DNA of 64,000 bases from a virus. Below, piece by piece: positions 8,978-17,084 of the stretch. Under the pieces are notes generated by a model, which ran no database searches, had not been told where the DNA came from, and saw nothing but the letters and a program-made list of their open reading frames with translations. The position numbers and the translations under genes are program-made. The DNA lies in the IMG/VR virus record IMGVR_UViG_3300025438_000009, positions 23,167-87,166 of that record. One strand, 5' to 3'. The stretch's first letter is position 1, and the number at the start of each line of letters is the position of its first letter.

Positions 8978-9059
8978 TATTTAGTGTTTCAACTTGACAA
9001 GATGACATTGAGGCACTATTCTTGAAGTATCAAGAACAACCACTAGGGAAGGAAACCCA

Positions 9060-9341
9060 ATGGAAAAGACAGTAAACACCGCGACTGCCGAGGCAGTGTC
9101 GCAGTTGGTCCAGGTTCGTAAAGCCATCAAGAAAATGCAGGAGCAGGAAAGCGCATTGCGCGACACTGTGATTGCGGGACTGGGTGACCACAGTGTCGCA
9201 GTGTTCCGAGGACAGCAGATTGCTCGCTTGACTCAGGTCACCCGCGTGACTGTGGACAGCAAGAAGTTGCAGGAGTCTTTTCCCGAGGCTTTTGAGGCCA
9301 CCAAGCGTGAAAGCATCTCACCCCGACTGACTTTAGTCTAG
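9060..9341 (+). CDS. 93-aa coiled-coil protein, paralog of 6394-6675
   Basis: Same length, start and end (MEKTVN...SPRLTLV); own TTGACA-N17-TATTCT promoter. Confidence 0.85.
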   Translation: MEKTVNTATAEAVSQLVQVRKAIKKMQEQESALRDTVIAGLGDHSVAVFRGQQIARLTQVTRVTVDSKKLQESFPEAFEATKRESISPRLTLV

Positions 9342-9443
9342 GGGAAAGCACAAGCCCTAGTTGCTACGGCAACTGGGGCTTTTGCTATTTGCATTAGAAG
9401 AGACATTCTGATACACTCAAGGAACCGTACAGAAAGAAAAAAT

Positions 9444-9761
9444 ATGGACAACTATGCAATATCTTTTGCGAGTGAACTGGAGTTACGCTTTGGCGGAAAA
9501 AATGCAAACTACATCTTTGAAGTTATTCCTGGACGGAAGTTTGACAAGATTGTGCGAAGGCTAACTGGCAGTGAGCAGACTAGCGTCCACGCATTCGTTG
9601 AGCGTTCTACGGGAGCACTCATCAAAGCTGCGAGCTGGTCACAACCACAGAAGGATACGCAGGGAAGACTTGCTATTCGCTACAACCTGGCAGACGAGCA
9701 AGAGTACAAGCGAGCAGTAGAGAGTGCCGACGAGTTTGGAAGTTACCTTTACGCACGCTAG
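9444..9761 (+). CDS. Conserved phage hypothetical protein
   Basis: GRKFDKI...SVHAFV...LIKAASWSQP pattern. Confidence 0.8.
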   Translation: MDNYAISFASELELRFGGKNANYIFEVIPGRKFDKIVRRLTGSEQTSVHAFVERSTGALIKAASWSQPQKDTQGRLAIRYNLADEQEYKRAVESADEFGSYLYAR

Positions 9762-9824
9762 TTTGACATTCGTAAGAGTGTCGCCTACACTAAAGCAATA
9801 CCTAATCACAATGAAAGGAACACA

Positions 9825-10166
9825 ATGGTAGAAATGAAATGGGAAGAGCCACCTCAGCAGTTGCTGGGTCGTGGTCATACTGACTGGCGGGCAGTCGCCG
9901 ATGCTTTGAAGAGCAACCCCAACGAGTGGGCAATAGTCGCAGAAAATGTTAGCGCGTCAACTGGGACACACATTCGTTATGGTCGCCTCAAGGCATTCGA
10001 GCCATCTGGCGCATTCGAAGCACGAGTAAGTGGCGCACGAGGAGACGCAAGCGGTAGGGCTAGTAAAGTCTACGCACGTTATGTGGGTGCCGGTAGTGTT
10101 ACTACCACTCCCGTGACCGAAGTAGTAGAGGAAGGGACTCCGTTCTCTTCCTGGGGTTCTGAGTAA
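9825..10166 (+). CDS. Hypothetical protein
   Basis: TTGACA-N17-TACACT promoter and GAAAGGA RBS; WEEPP...LKSNPNEWA...VYARYVG. Confidence 0.8.
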   Translation: MVEMKWEEPPQQLLGRGHTDWRAVADALKSNPNEWAIVAENVSASTGTHIRYGRLKAFEPSGAFEARVSGARGDASGRASKVYARYVGAGSVTTTPVTEVVEEGTPFSSWGSE

Positions 10167-10281
10167 ACAGAATCCAACAAGGCCCCCGAGCAATCGGGGG
10201 TTTTTGTTTTGTACGGCGTGTCGTTTTGCATTCTCTGTGTGTTTTTGGTACTGTGTAAGTACCACAAGGAAAGGAATCGAA

Positions 10282-10392
10282 ATGGAAAATCCATTCGACA
10301 ACCCAGACATCATCAACACCGAAGCTATCGAGGATATGGACGACCAGACTGTAAAGACAATCTGGAATATCCTGACTAAAGCAGGATACTAA
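10282..10392 (+). CDS. 36-aa acidic peptide
   Basis: ACCACAAGGAAAGGA leader; flanked by terminators. Confidence 0.65.
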   Translation: MENPFDNPDIINTEAIEDMDDQTVKTIWNILTKAGY

Positions 10393-10562
10393 ATCACAAG
10401 AAGGACCCTCCGAAAGGGGGGTTCTTTTTTTGTCGTCCTGTCGCGAGGGCCGGGTGCGAACGTAAAGAATGTGTACATGTTGAAAGTTGGCTGATGTGCG
10501 AGTGTCAGTGGTTGCTGATAAAGAAAAACCCCCTCACTCTCGAGGGGGGGTTTCCTTTTGGG

Positions 10563-10652
10563 CTATCGGCCTCTACGAACCTGAACGAAGTAGACAATCC
10601 ATAAGATTATTGCTAAGGGAATTGCGACCTCTGCGGGGATGTTGTCTTGCAT
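10563..10652 (-). CDS. 29-aa membrane peptide on the opposite strand
   Basis: MQDNIPAEVAIPLAIILWIVYFVQVRRGR; GAAAGGA RBS; TTGCTT-N17-TATACT promoter on the minus strand; hairpin at about 10525-10555. Confidence 0.7.
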   Translation of the reverse strand: MQDNIPAEVAIPLAIILWIVYFVQVRRGR

Positions 10653-10827
10653 TTTGTTTCCTTTCGTCGTCCTTATATCTCAAGTATAAGATGAAACTTT
10701 GTAAAAAGCAAGTCCTGTAACTAATTTTTGACGTGCTCTAGCATATTTCTCTCCGCAGTGCAAGTAGTTTCCGTCACACGGAAAACGTCCCCTCAAACTT
10801 TCTACATTGGCGTGTCATAGTTGCGAG

Positions 10828-10849
10828 TGTCAGTGGTCTCTGGTACAGT
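10828..10849 (+). promoter_or_regulatory. PafBC/RecA-NDp-like promoter
   Basis: TGTCAG-TGGTCTCTGG-TACAGT, with TTGCGA at the -35 position. Confidence 0.75.
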
Positions 10850-10875
10850 GTGATTACCACAAGAAAGGATTTGAT

Positions 10876-11403
10876 ATGACTACATCATTCGCCACCGAAC
10901 GCCAGATGGCTTTTATTCGCAACTTGGTTGCCGAGCGTGACGTTGCCCCTGTTGAGTTTGCGGGCATGACTGTACGCGAAGCCTCTGCCACGATTGAGCA
11001 GTTACTGGCTACGCCCAAGAAAGCCTCTGTAGTCAGGTTCTCTGACGTGCTCACCTCTTTGCCCAAGTCGAAGTACGCTCTGCCGTATCAACTGGTAGCG
11101 CCAGTCTTTACGGACAGTAGTTTCGACAACGACTACCTCTTCGTCGAGGTGCGGGAGCACCGGGGAACGACTTACATGAGGAAGTTGCAAGGTTCATTGG
11201 GCGACTTTGTTCGCACACGGTTCTCCCGTGATGAAGAGCAGTCGCTCTACAACATCCTGAGTTCTAACCCTGTTGAGTACATCACGAAGTTTGGTGAAGT
11301 ATTTTCCTGCTGTGGCAAGTGCTCCGCACCACTCACCACAGAGCGAAGCAGGGAATTGCTCTTGGGACCGGACTGCGCCCGAATGTTGGGGGTGAGGTAC
11401 TAA
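10876..11403 (+). CDS. DUF6011-like Zn-finger protein
   Basis: C-terminal CGKCSAPLT..SR..LGPDC; N-terminal ATERQMAFI; RBS places the start at 10876. Confidence 0.75.
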   Translation: MTTSFATERQMAFIRNLVAERDVAPVEFAGMTVREASATIEQLLATPKKASVVRFSDVLTSLPKSKYALPYQLVAPVFTDSSFDNDYLFVEVREHRGTTYMRKLQGSLGDFVRTRFSRDEEQSLYNILSSNPVEYITKFGEVFSCCGKCSAPLTTERSRELLLGPDCARMLGVRY

Positions 11404-11572
11404 TAGTCTAGATAATTGCAGACCAGCTCACGGGAAATGCAATGTTTCTAAAGGAACTAATCTTTATTAGCCGACTATTGACCTCAACTTGACAGTTGGG
11501 GCGTAGTTTGGTATGCTTATTATGTCAGAAAGTGTATTTACACAACCACAACTTTGAAAAGGAGGTGCACCT

Positions 11573-12532
11573 ATGACAAAAAACCTTCAAATTGCGTATA
11601 GTGATGACTATCTCAACTGGGACCTCGGTTCTGGAGACGGCACCCACATTACGAAGCCTATTCGGGCGAAGCTTGCTACGGAGTTTCTCGTTGATTCATT
11701 GGGAGACAAAGTAGACATTATCGAGCCCGCCATTAGGGAGGGAGACCGCGAGAAGCTAGAAGCTACTCACGACCCTGGATATGTTTCTCGGGTGCTCGAC
11801 TCCTATCAAGCCCACGACTGGTCTGGTGCCAACAAGAGCAATGCCGAGACAGCATTCAAGATGTTTGCGGGCACTGTTCGATTGACTGAGAACATTATCT
11901 CCGGTGAGACTAATGTTGGATTCAATCCTCAAGGCGCTAAGCACCACGCTAAGTATTCACACAGCGAAGGGTTCTGTGTGTTCAACGACATGGTGTGGGC
12001 TGCTAGGGAGTTCAAGAAGGCTGGTATGAAGCCTTTGTACCTGGACTGGGATGTTCACGCTGGTAACGGCGTACAGAACCTTTTGGAACTGGAGGACATT
12101 CCGACTCTGAGTATTCACGCCTCGGGTATCTACCCATTCAACGACAACAACCACAGTATGAAGAATAGCAAGATTGCTACGACTCATACCTGGCACAGCA
12201 CGACTAGCCATTACTACAACTGGAATATCGAACTGCCCGGATACGACTACGATTTGTACCGTGCTCTCGATGGAGTGGAAGAAGTTATTGACCACTATCA
12301 GCCAGATGTAGTCCTACTCGCCGCTGGTGCGGATGGACATGAGAATGACATCTGGGGAATGAAGTACAGCATTGACGGATTCACCTGGGCGTCTCACCGA
12401 CTGTCGAAGATGGTAGAGAAGTATGCCGAAGGTAGGATTCTCATTGGAGGCGCTGGAGGCTATCAACCCTACGACTGGACACCACTGGTGTGGAAAGAAG
12501 TAGTCGAGACAATGTACACCAACGTGCGCTAG
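11573..12532 (+). CDS. Histone deacetylase family (AcuC/HdaH-like) Zn-dependent deacetylase
   Basis: GAKHHA, GFCVFND, LDWDVHAGNG, SIH, AGADGH and GGY motifs are all present. Confidence 0.92.
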   Translation: MTKNLQIAYSDDYLNWDLGSGDGTHITKPIRAKLATEFLVDSLGDKVDIIEPAIREGDREKLEATHDPGYVSRVLDSYQAHDWSGANKSNAETAFKMFAGTVRLTENIISGETNVGFNPQGAKHHAKYSHSEGFCVFNDMVWAAREFKKAGMKPLYLDWDVHAGNGVQNLLELEDIPTLSIHASGIYPFNDNNHSMKNSKIATTHTWHSTTSHYYNWNIELPGYDYDLYRALDGVEEVIDHYQPDVVLLAAGADGHENDIWGMKYSIDGFTWASHRLSKMVEKYAEGRILIGGAGGYQPYDWTPLVWKEVVETMYTNVR

Positions 12533-12541
12533 GATAACGAC

Positions 12542-12691
12542 ATGGAAATTATTATTCTTGTTTCGTTATCTGTTGCCGTAGGTATTGTTACGGGCATGGG
12601 GTTCTGCACATGGAGAGCCTATGCCCGTGACGCCCGCCTGAGACAAATGCCTCTGTTAGGCGTTGTGCTCCCCCCTAAGAAAGATAAGTAG
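12542..12691 (+). CDS. 49-aa membrane peptide
   Basis: MEIIILVSLSVAVGIVTGMGF hydrophobic N-terminus, basic tail. Confidence 0.55.
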   Translation: MEIIILVSLSVAVGIVTGMGFCTWRAYARDARLRQMPLLGVVLPPKKDK

Positions 12692-12855
12692 TGCGTAGGG
12701 TCTGGGTATACCTAAGAGACCTGGTGTGGACTGCTGTGGCGTCCGTGGCGCTTGCGGTAGTCTCCCTGGTCGCCCTCGCCCTCGGGAACCCCGAAGGTGC
12801 TGGAGTATTTGCTCTGTTGGCGGTAGGGTCTGCAATCCTATCAACACGTTCATAA
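12691..12855 (+). CDS. 54-aa two-helix membrane peptide
   Basis: Coupled GTG start; two hydrophobic segments. Confidence 0.5.
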   Translation: MRRVWVYLRDLVWTAVASVALAVVSLVALALGNPEGAGVFALLAVGSAILSTRS

Positions 12856-12874
12856 TTTGCTATAGTTGGTGATT

Positions 12875-13312
12875 ATGGAAGATAAAAAGCCACACTCCAA
12901 TAAGCCAACTCCTAAAGACTTTGCTCGCAAGCTTGATGAAGTTGTACCTACTCCACCCAAGAAAGAAGCGGAGCCTGCTCCTGTTTCTGCTCCCCCAAAG
13001 TCTTTGGCCCCAAGAACGGCTTACGCTGTTGTTAGTGGGAAGAACCAAGACGACGTGCACTTGTCTAAGGCTGTGTATAAGAACACTGCCCGCAAGCGCT
13101 CACTTACCGTCCACCACATTCAGCGCAGGCTGACTGAGTGGGGGCACTATGACGCCTTTCTTGACAAGGATGGATTCTACGGTGACAGCACCAAAAAGTC
13201 CGTCATTGAGTTTCAAGATAGGATGGGCATTATTGCCACAGGGTTGATGGACATTGAGACTATGACCAAACTCTTCGAAAACGATACAAACGTAGTCGTT
13301 CATTTGTCCTAA
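12875..13312 (+). CDS. Peptidoglycan-binding (PG_binding_1-like) domain protein
   Basis: VHHIQRRL..WG...DGFYGDSTKKSVIEFQ...GI..TG pattern; Pro/Lys-rich N-terminus; no catalytic domain. Confidence 0.8.
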   Translation: MEDKKPHSNKPTPKDFARKLDEVVPTPPKKEAEPAPVSAPPKSLAPRTAYAVVSGKNQDDVHLSKAVYKNTARKRSLTVHHIQRRLTEWGHYDAFLDKDGFYGDSTKKSVIEFQDRMGIIATGLMDIETMTKLFENDTNVVVHLS

Positions 13313-13429
13313 CAACCAAAACCTAAAACGTCAGGCCCCTCGCTTACGCGGGGGGTCTTTCGTATTGTGTGGGTATACACATTCTTTACGTTCGCGAGTA
13401 TTATGGTTTAGTAATTTTTGTTTGTCAAT

Positions 13430-13458
13430 TTGACTTTGTCAGTGGTGAGCACTATACT
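13430..13458 (+). promoter_or_regulatory. Dual SigA and PafBC-like promoter
   Basis: TTGACT-T-TGTCAG-TGGTGAGCAC-TATACT. Confidence 0.8.
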
Positions 13459-13494
13459 AGTTATATAACAACTACACAGAGAGAGGAAGTGGAC

Positions 13495-13701
13495 ATGAGC
13501 GGATACACCGTAACCACACCCACGGGGCGCTACGCCCAGACCAGCGCGGGGGAAGTACTAGTGTTCGACACCGAGCGTAATGCTGAGACCTACATTTGGG
13601 ATAGGTACTACGATTTTCGGGATTCCTTCACCATTGCCCCGAGCACCAAGGACAGTGGTCGCCCAGTGAGAGCCACAGACCTAATGCGCTTTAGCGCCTA
13701 G
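13495..13701 (+). CDS. Hypothetical protein
   Basis: GAGGA RBS before the ATG at 13495; followed by a terminator. Confidence 0.7.
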   Translation: MSGYTVTTPTGRYAQTSAGEVLVFDTERNAETYIWDRYYDFRDSFTIAPSTKDSGRPVRATDLMRFSA

Positions 13702-13946
13702 CACCAAACGGAGTAGCCCCCCTACGCACTAGATGCTAGGGGGGTTATTTGTTTTTTGACACGATTTGACAGTGCTAGTTTTGATAACTATACTTGGAGT
13801 ATCAAGTCAATTAGTTAGGGGTGATGCACTACGGGTGCTCATGGGGCGCCTTGTTCAGTGCTATCGCTCAGATACGTCTGTAGCATCGGGGGGCCTCGGC
13901 CCCCCACACTAAAAGACAATGACAGACAAGACAGAAAGAAGGAAAG

Positions 13947-14288
13947 ATGAGAACAGCAGTGAAAGTAACCACAGAAGGACAAGTGGCAGTGCTCGACTTA
14001 GACAGTGTGGACAGTGAACTATCAACACTTCAGAGTGCCGTAGGTGGGTGGATTGAAGCAGTAGACGTAGCTGGAGAAATGAGTATCTACCTAAATGAAG
14101 AAGGAAAGATGATAGGACTCCCTATCAACTATGTAGCTACTTGGTACTTCGACCAGACATGGGGAGCAGGGAAAGACATTATCGTAGGTGATGTTGTATT
14201 CACTGGACTACCCGATGGAGAAGGTAAGACCATGGGACTTACCGTCGAGCAGCTGACCGGCGTTATGGACCGCGTAGGCGCTAGCTAG
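13947..14288 (+). CDS. DUF3846-like protein
   Basis: LQSAVGGWIEAV, NEEGK, LPIN..AT and IVGDVV motifs. Confidence 0.85.
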   Translation: MRTAVKVTTEGQVAVLDLDSVDSELSTLQSAVGGWIEAVDVAGEMSIYLNEEGKMIGLPINYVATWYFDQTWGAGKDIIVGDVVFTGLPDGEGKTMGLTVEQLTGVMDRVGAS

Positions 14289-14353
14289 CCAACACCCCAA
14301 GTAAAGACCCCCACACACCCCGTGGGGGTTTTTGCTATGATATCCTTGACCCT

Positions 14354-14914
14354 ATGAACCTACCTAATGACGTACAAAATGACCTAGCTCGCCACGCCGG
14401 GAACACTTTGACCTTGCCGTACCTTGCCCGTGTCCTACGGGACAGTGGGTGGACGTTGAGTGCTATTGCTGAACCTTTAGGCCTAACCCGCGAGCGCGTG
14501 CGACAAATTATCAACAGTGCAACCGATAAAGACTACGAAAGTCTTGCGGACTTCGCGAACAGCATTGGTTTTGAAATCCCTGCGCCCCCGCCCAAGCCAG
14601 TGCTGGAAGAACGTAAAAAAAGTGTACGCCCGACAGTAGGCCAAGAAAACATTGAACGGATGTTGGAACTGCAACCTTTTGCTAGGCAAGTGCGCTCGAA
14701 CAGCCCGCTTTACCGTGCGGAGGGTGAGGAATACACTCGTCTCATTGCTTATGAGCACCTAGAACGTGGTGTATCACTCTTTAGCTTGAGTAAAGAGCTG
14801 GGAGTGACTCACGGGGCACTTCGCTTCCGGTTAGTGCGATACGGGTATAAAGAAGCGACTTCAGAACATAAAGTCTACAGACCTATTAGCCAGGAGAACA
14901 GAGTACATGGGTAA
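14354..14914 (+). CDS. Double helix-turn-helix DNA-binding protein, probably leaderless
   Basis: GWTLSAIAEPLGLTRERVRQI and GVSLFSLSKELGVTHGAL; TATCCT -10 lies 7 nt before the ATG; overlaps the terminase start. Confidence 0.8.
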   Translation: MNLPNDVQNDLARHAGNTLTLPYLARVLRDSGWTLSAIAEPLGLTRERVRQIINSATDKDYESLADFANSIGFEIPAPPPKPVLEERKKSVRPTVGQENIERMLELQPFARQVRSNSPLYRAEGEEYTRLIAYEHLERGVSLFSLSKELGVTHGALRFRLVRYGYKEATSEHKVYRPISQENRVHG

Positions 14915-16322
14915 ATCTCTCGCTCAGATAGTTGCAGAACTTCCCGATGAGGAGAGACTGCAAGCGATGGAAGGACTAGACCCTGACAACCTTTTATGGG
15001 ACTGGAGATTCTGGGGCAGACCAGAACAGATTCCCCCTGCTGATGACTCGTGGAACGTGGGACTGTACTTAGCTGGACGTGGAGCTGGGAAGACCAGGGC
15101 AGCAGCGGAGTGGATTAGGGACAGAGCTAAGATTTCAGACCGGGGACACTTGAGATTCCTGTTGGTCGCTCGTACTGCAGCTGACGTGCGAGACGTGCTT
15201 GTGGAGGGTGACTCAGGAGTACTCAACGTTAGCCCGCCCTCAGAGCGACCACTCTATGAACCATCCAAGCGTAGGCTCACGTGGCCCAATGGGAACACTG
15301 CTGTACTCTCGACCGCTGATGAACCTGACTCACTTCGTGGTGTGCAAGCACATTACTCGTGGGCTGATGAGTTGGCAGCGTGGAGGCAGACCCCAGATGC
15401 AGCAGGCATGACCTCATGGGACAACTTGAGGGTGGCAACTCGTCTAGGTATGAACCCTCAGATACTGGCGACCACCACACCCAAGCGCGTGCCTGTGCTC
15501 TATGCATTACTAGATGAAGCCAAGCAGGGAAAGAAGATATGGATATCTCGGGGCTCAACCATGGACAACGCTGGCAACCTATCAGAGGCATACTTGAGTG
15601 CTATCACGGGAGTGTATGAAGGTACTCGGCTTGCAGCACAAGAGCTCTATGGTGAGATGCTTGACGCTGTTGAGGGAGCACTGTGGACGGAGGAGCTAAT
15701 TAGTGCTGGGAGGCAGAGTGTCATGCCTAGTGGACTTCCCCTACGCTGTATTGGTGTAGACCCCTCGGTAGCGGAGAGCCCTCGTGATGAGTGCGGGATA
15801 GTCGTAGTGGCTAGTACCGCCGAACGTGACCTGTACAAGAGACAATCGTGGGTACTGGAGGATGCTAGTGTCCTCGGGTCGCCTACAGTGTGGGCCCAGA
15901 GAGTAGTGGACATGGCTCGCAAGTGGGGTTGTCCTGTAGTGGCAGAGGTGAACCAAGGTGGAGCTTTGGTAAGTAATGCTATCCACACCATCGACCCGAA
16001 CATCACGGTGTTGGAGGTGCACTCCAAGTACGGCAAAGCCCTGCGGGCAGAGCCCATCACCCTAGCGTATGAACAGTCACGGGTGCATCACCTCGGATAC
16101 TTCGCGGAGCTCGAGAGCCAGATGACTTCGTGGGTACCAGGTGAAAGTAAGTCTCCCGACAGAGTTGATGCACTTGTACATGCACTTACGGCTTTGCTCA
16201 TCAAGCCCCCTGCTGGATTCAGTGGTGGGAAGATTACGGCTAAGTCCCATGCGGGTAGGCGTATATCTGATGGTAATAGTGTCGCCGGACGTGGCGGGCG
16301 TGGAGTGTTCAGAGTACGGTAG
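14907..16322 (+). CDS. terL: Terminase large subunit
   Basis: AGRGAGKT Walker A, WADE Walker B, TTTP coupling motif, nuclease motifs GVDPS and SPDRVDAL. Confidence 0.95.
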   Translation: MGKSLAQIVAELPDEERLQAMEGLDPDNLLWDWRFWGRPEQIPPADDSWNVGLYLAGRGAGKTRAAAEWIRDRAKISDRGHLRFLLVARTAADVRDVLVEGDSGVLNVSPPSERPLYEPSKRRLTWPNGNTAVLSTADEPDSLRGVQAHYSWADELAAWRQTPDAAGMTSWDNLRVATRLGMNPQILATTTPKRVPVLYALLDEAKQGKKIWISRGSTMDNAGNLSEAYLSAITGVYEGTRLAAQELYGEMLDAVEGALWTEELISAGRQSVMPSGLPLRCIGVDPSVAESPRDECGIVVVASTAERDLYKRQSWVLEDASVLGSPTVWAQRVVDMARKWGCPVVAEVNQGGALVSNAIHTIDPNITVLEVHSKYGKALRAEPITLAYEQSRVHHLGYFAELESQMTSWVPGESKSPDRVDALVHALTALLIKPPAGFSGGKITAKSHAGRRISDGNSVAGRGGRGVFRVR

Positions 16323-16563
16323 AACTTATGCGGTAATACGGTAATGGCATTGCTGGAGCTTGAGTTGTTTGTTATGGAATCGTTATTGGCCAACCGCTAA
16401 CTTTGTAGATTAGTTTGTGTATCAAGTTATGGCGCACTGCGTGTCGCCGGTGGAATTTTCTTTGACACTGTGTACATGAGGTTGAGCTTATGACCCCCCT
16501 GTTTGGGTGGGTGTGTTGTTGTTGAGTGTGCAATTGTTTGTACAGAGTTGCTGGCCACCCCTG

Positions 16564-16585
16564 TGTCAGTGGTCATCATTACTAT
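16564..16585 (+). promoter_or_regulatory. PafBC/RecA-NDp-like promoter in a non-coding stretch
   Basis: TGTCAG-TGGTCATCAT-TACTAT. Confidence 0.6.
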
Positions 16586-17084
16586 TGATAAGGGGGAAGC
16601 CTAGACCCCCACGCTGGCAGAGTAAAGAACCCCCTTGCCTAGGGGGTGCATGCCTGTAGGTGGTAGGGGGTAGCTTTGCCTATGTCTGTCAACAAGGTTG
16701 AAGAGGGTGGGTTGCACCAGAGTTACATGTTTGCTAGTACAAATCTTTTGTTGTTGTGTCTAGTACAAGAGGGGGGGGGTACACATTCTTTACTTGTATA
16801 TATTTTTTCTTGGCCCCCCCTATTGAGGGGGGTGTACCTCTCTAAAACACATCATCTGCCCCAGAAAAAAGTGCGCAGCCCCTAAAATAAACAGAGGAGA
16901 AAGTATTCTGGAATTGACTTGACATCTGTGTAGCTAGGTGGTGTTGCAGACTTTTGCCGTGCCATGCGGGGGTGGGGTGAAAACAGGAAACCAGGCGATT
17001 TGCAGCTCAGCGCAGAGGCTCCCCACTCACCGACCAAATGCAGTTTAACTAAGGGTACCGAAACGTACACTATGTACGTAAGAA

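Larger units (their letters stand above)
263..16796. repeat. Dispersed 18-bp asymmetric motif AACGTAAAGAAWGTGTAC, 10 copies
   Basis: Plus-strand copies at 263-280, 4405-4422, 5238-5255, 6119-6136, 7171-7188, 8677-8694, 10459-10476 and 14610-14627; minus-strand copies at 13375-13392 and 16779-16796; 0-2 mismatches each. Confidence 0.95.

Noticed and set aside
11523-11544. Additional PafBC-type promoter TGTCAG-N10-TACACA
   Set aside because: It lacks the final T and lies downstream of a good SigA promoter; not counted.
263-16796. 18-bp repeats as a CRISPR array
   Set aside because: Copies are about 0.8-4 kb apart, separated by whole genes and in both orientations; no cas genes.
16955-17035. 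Possible tRNA or tmRNA
   Set aside because: A GGTGGGG/CCCCACT stem exists, but there is no T-loop GTTCRA or cloverleaf; no tRNA was recognised anywhere in the window.
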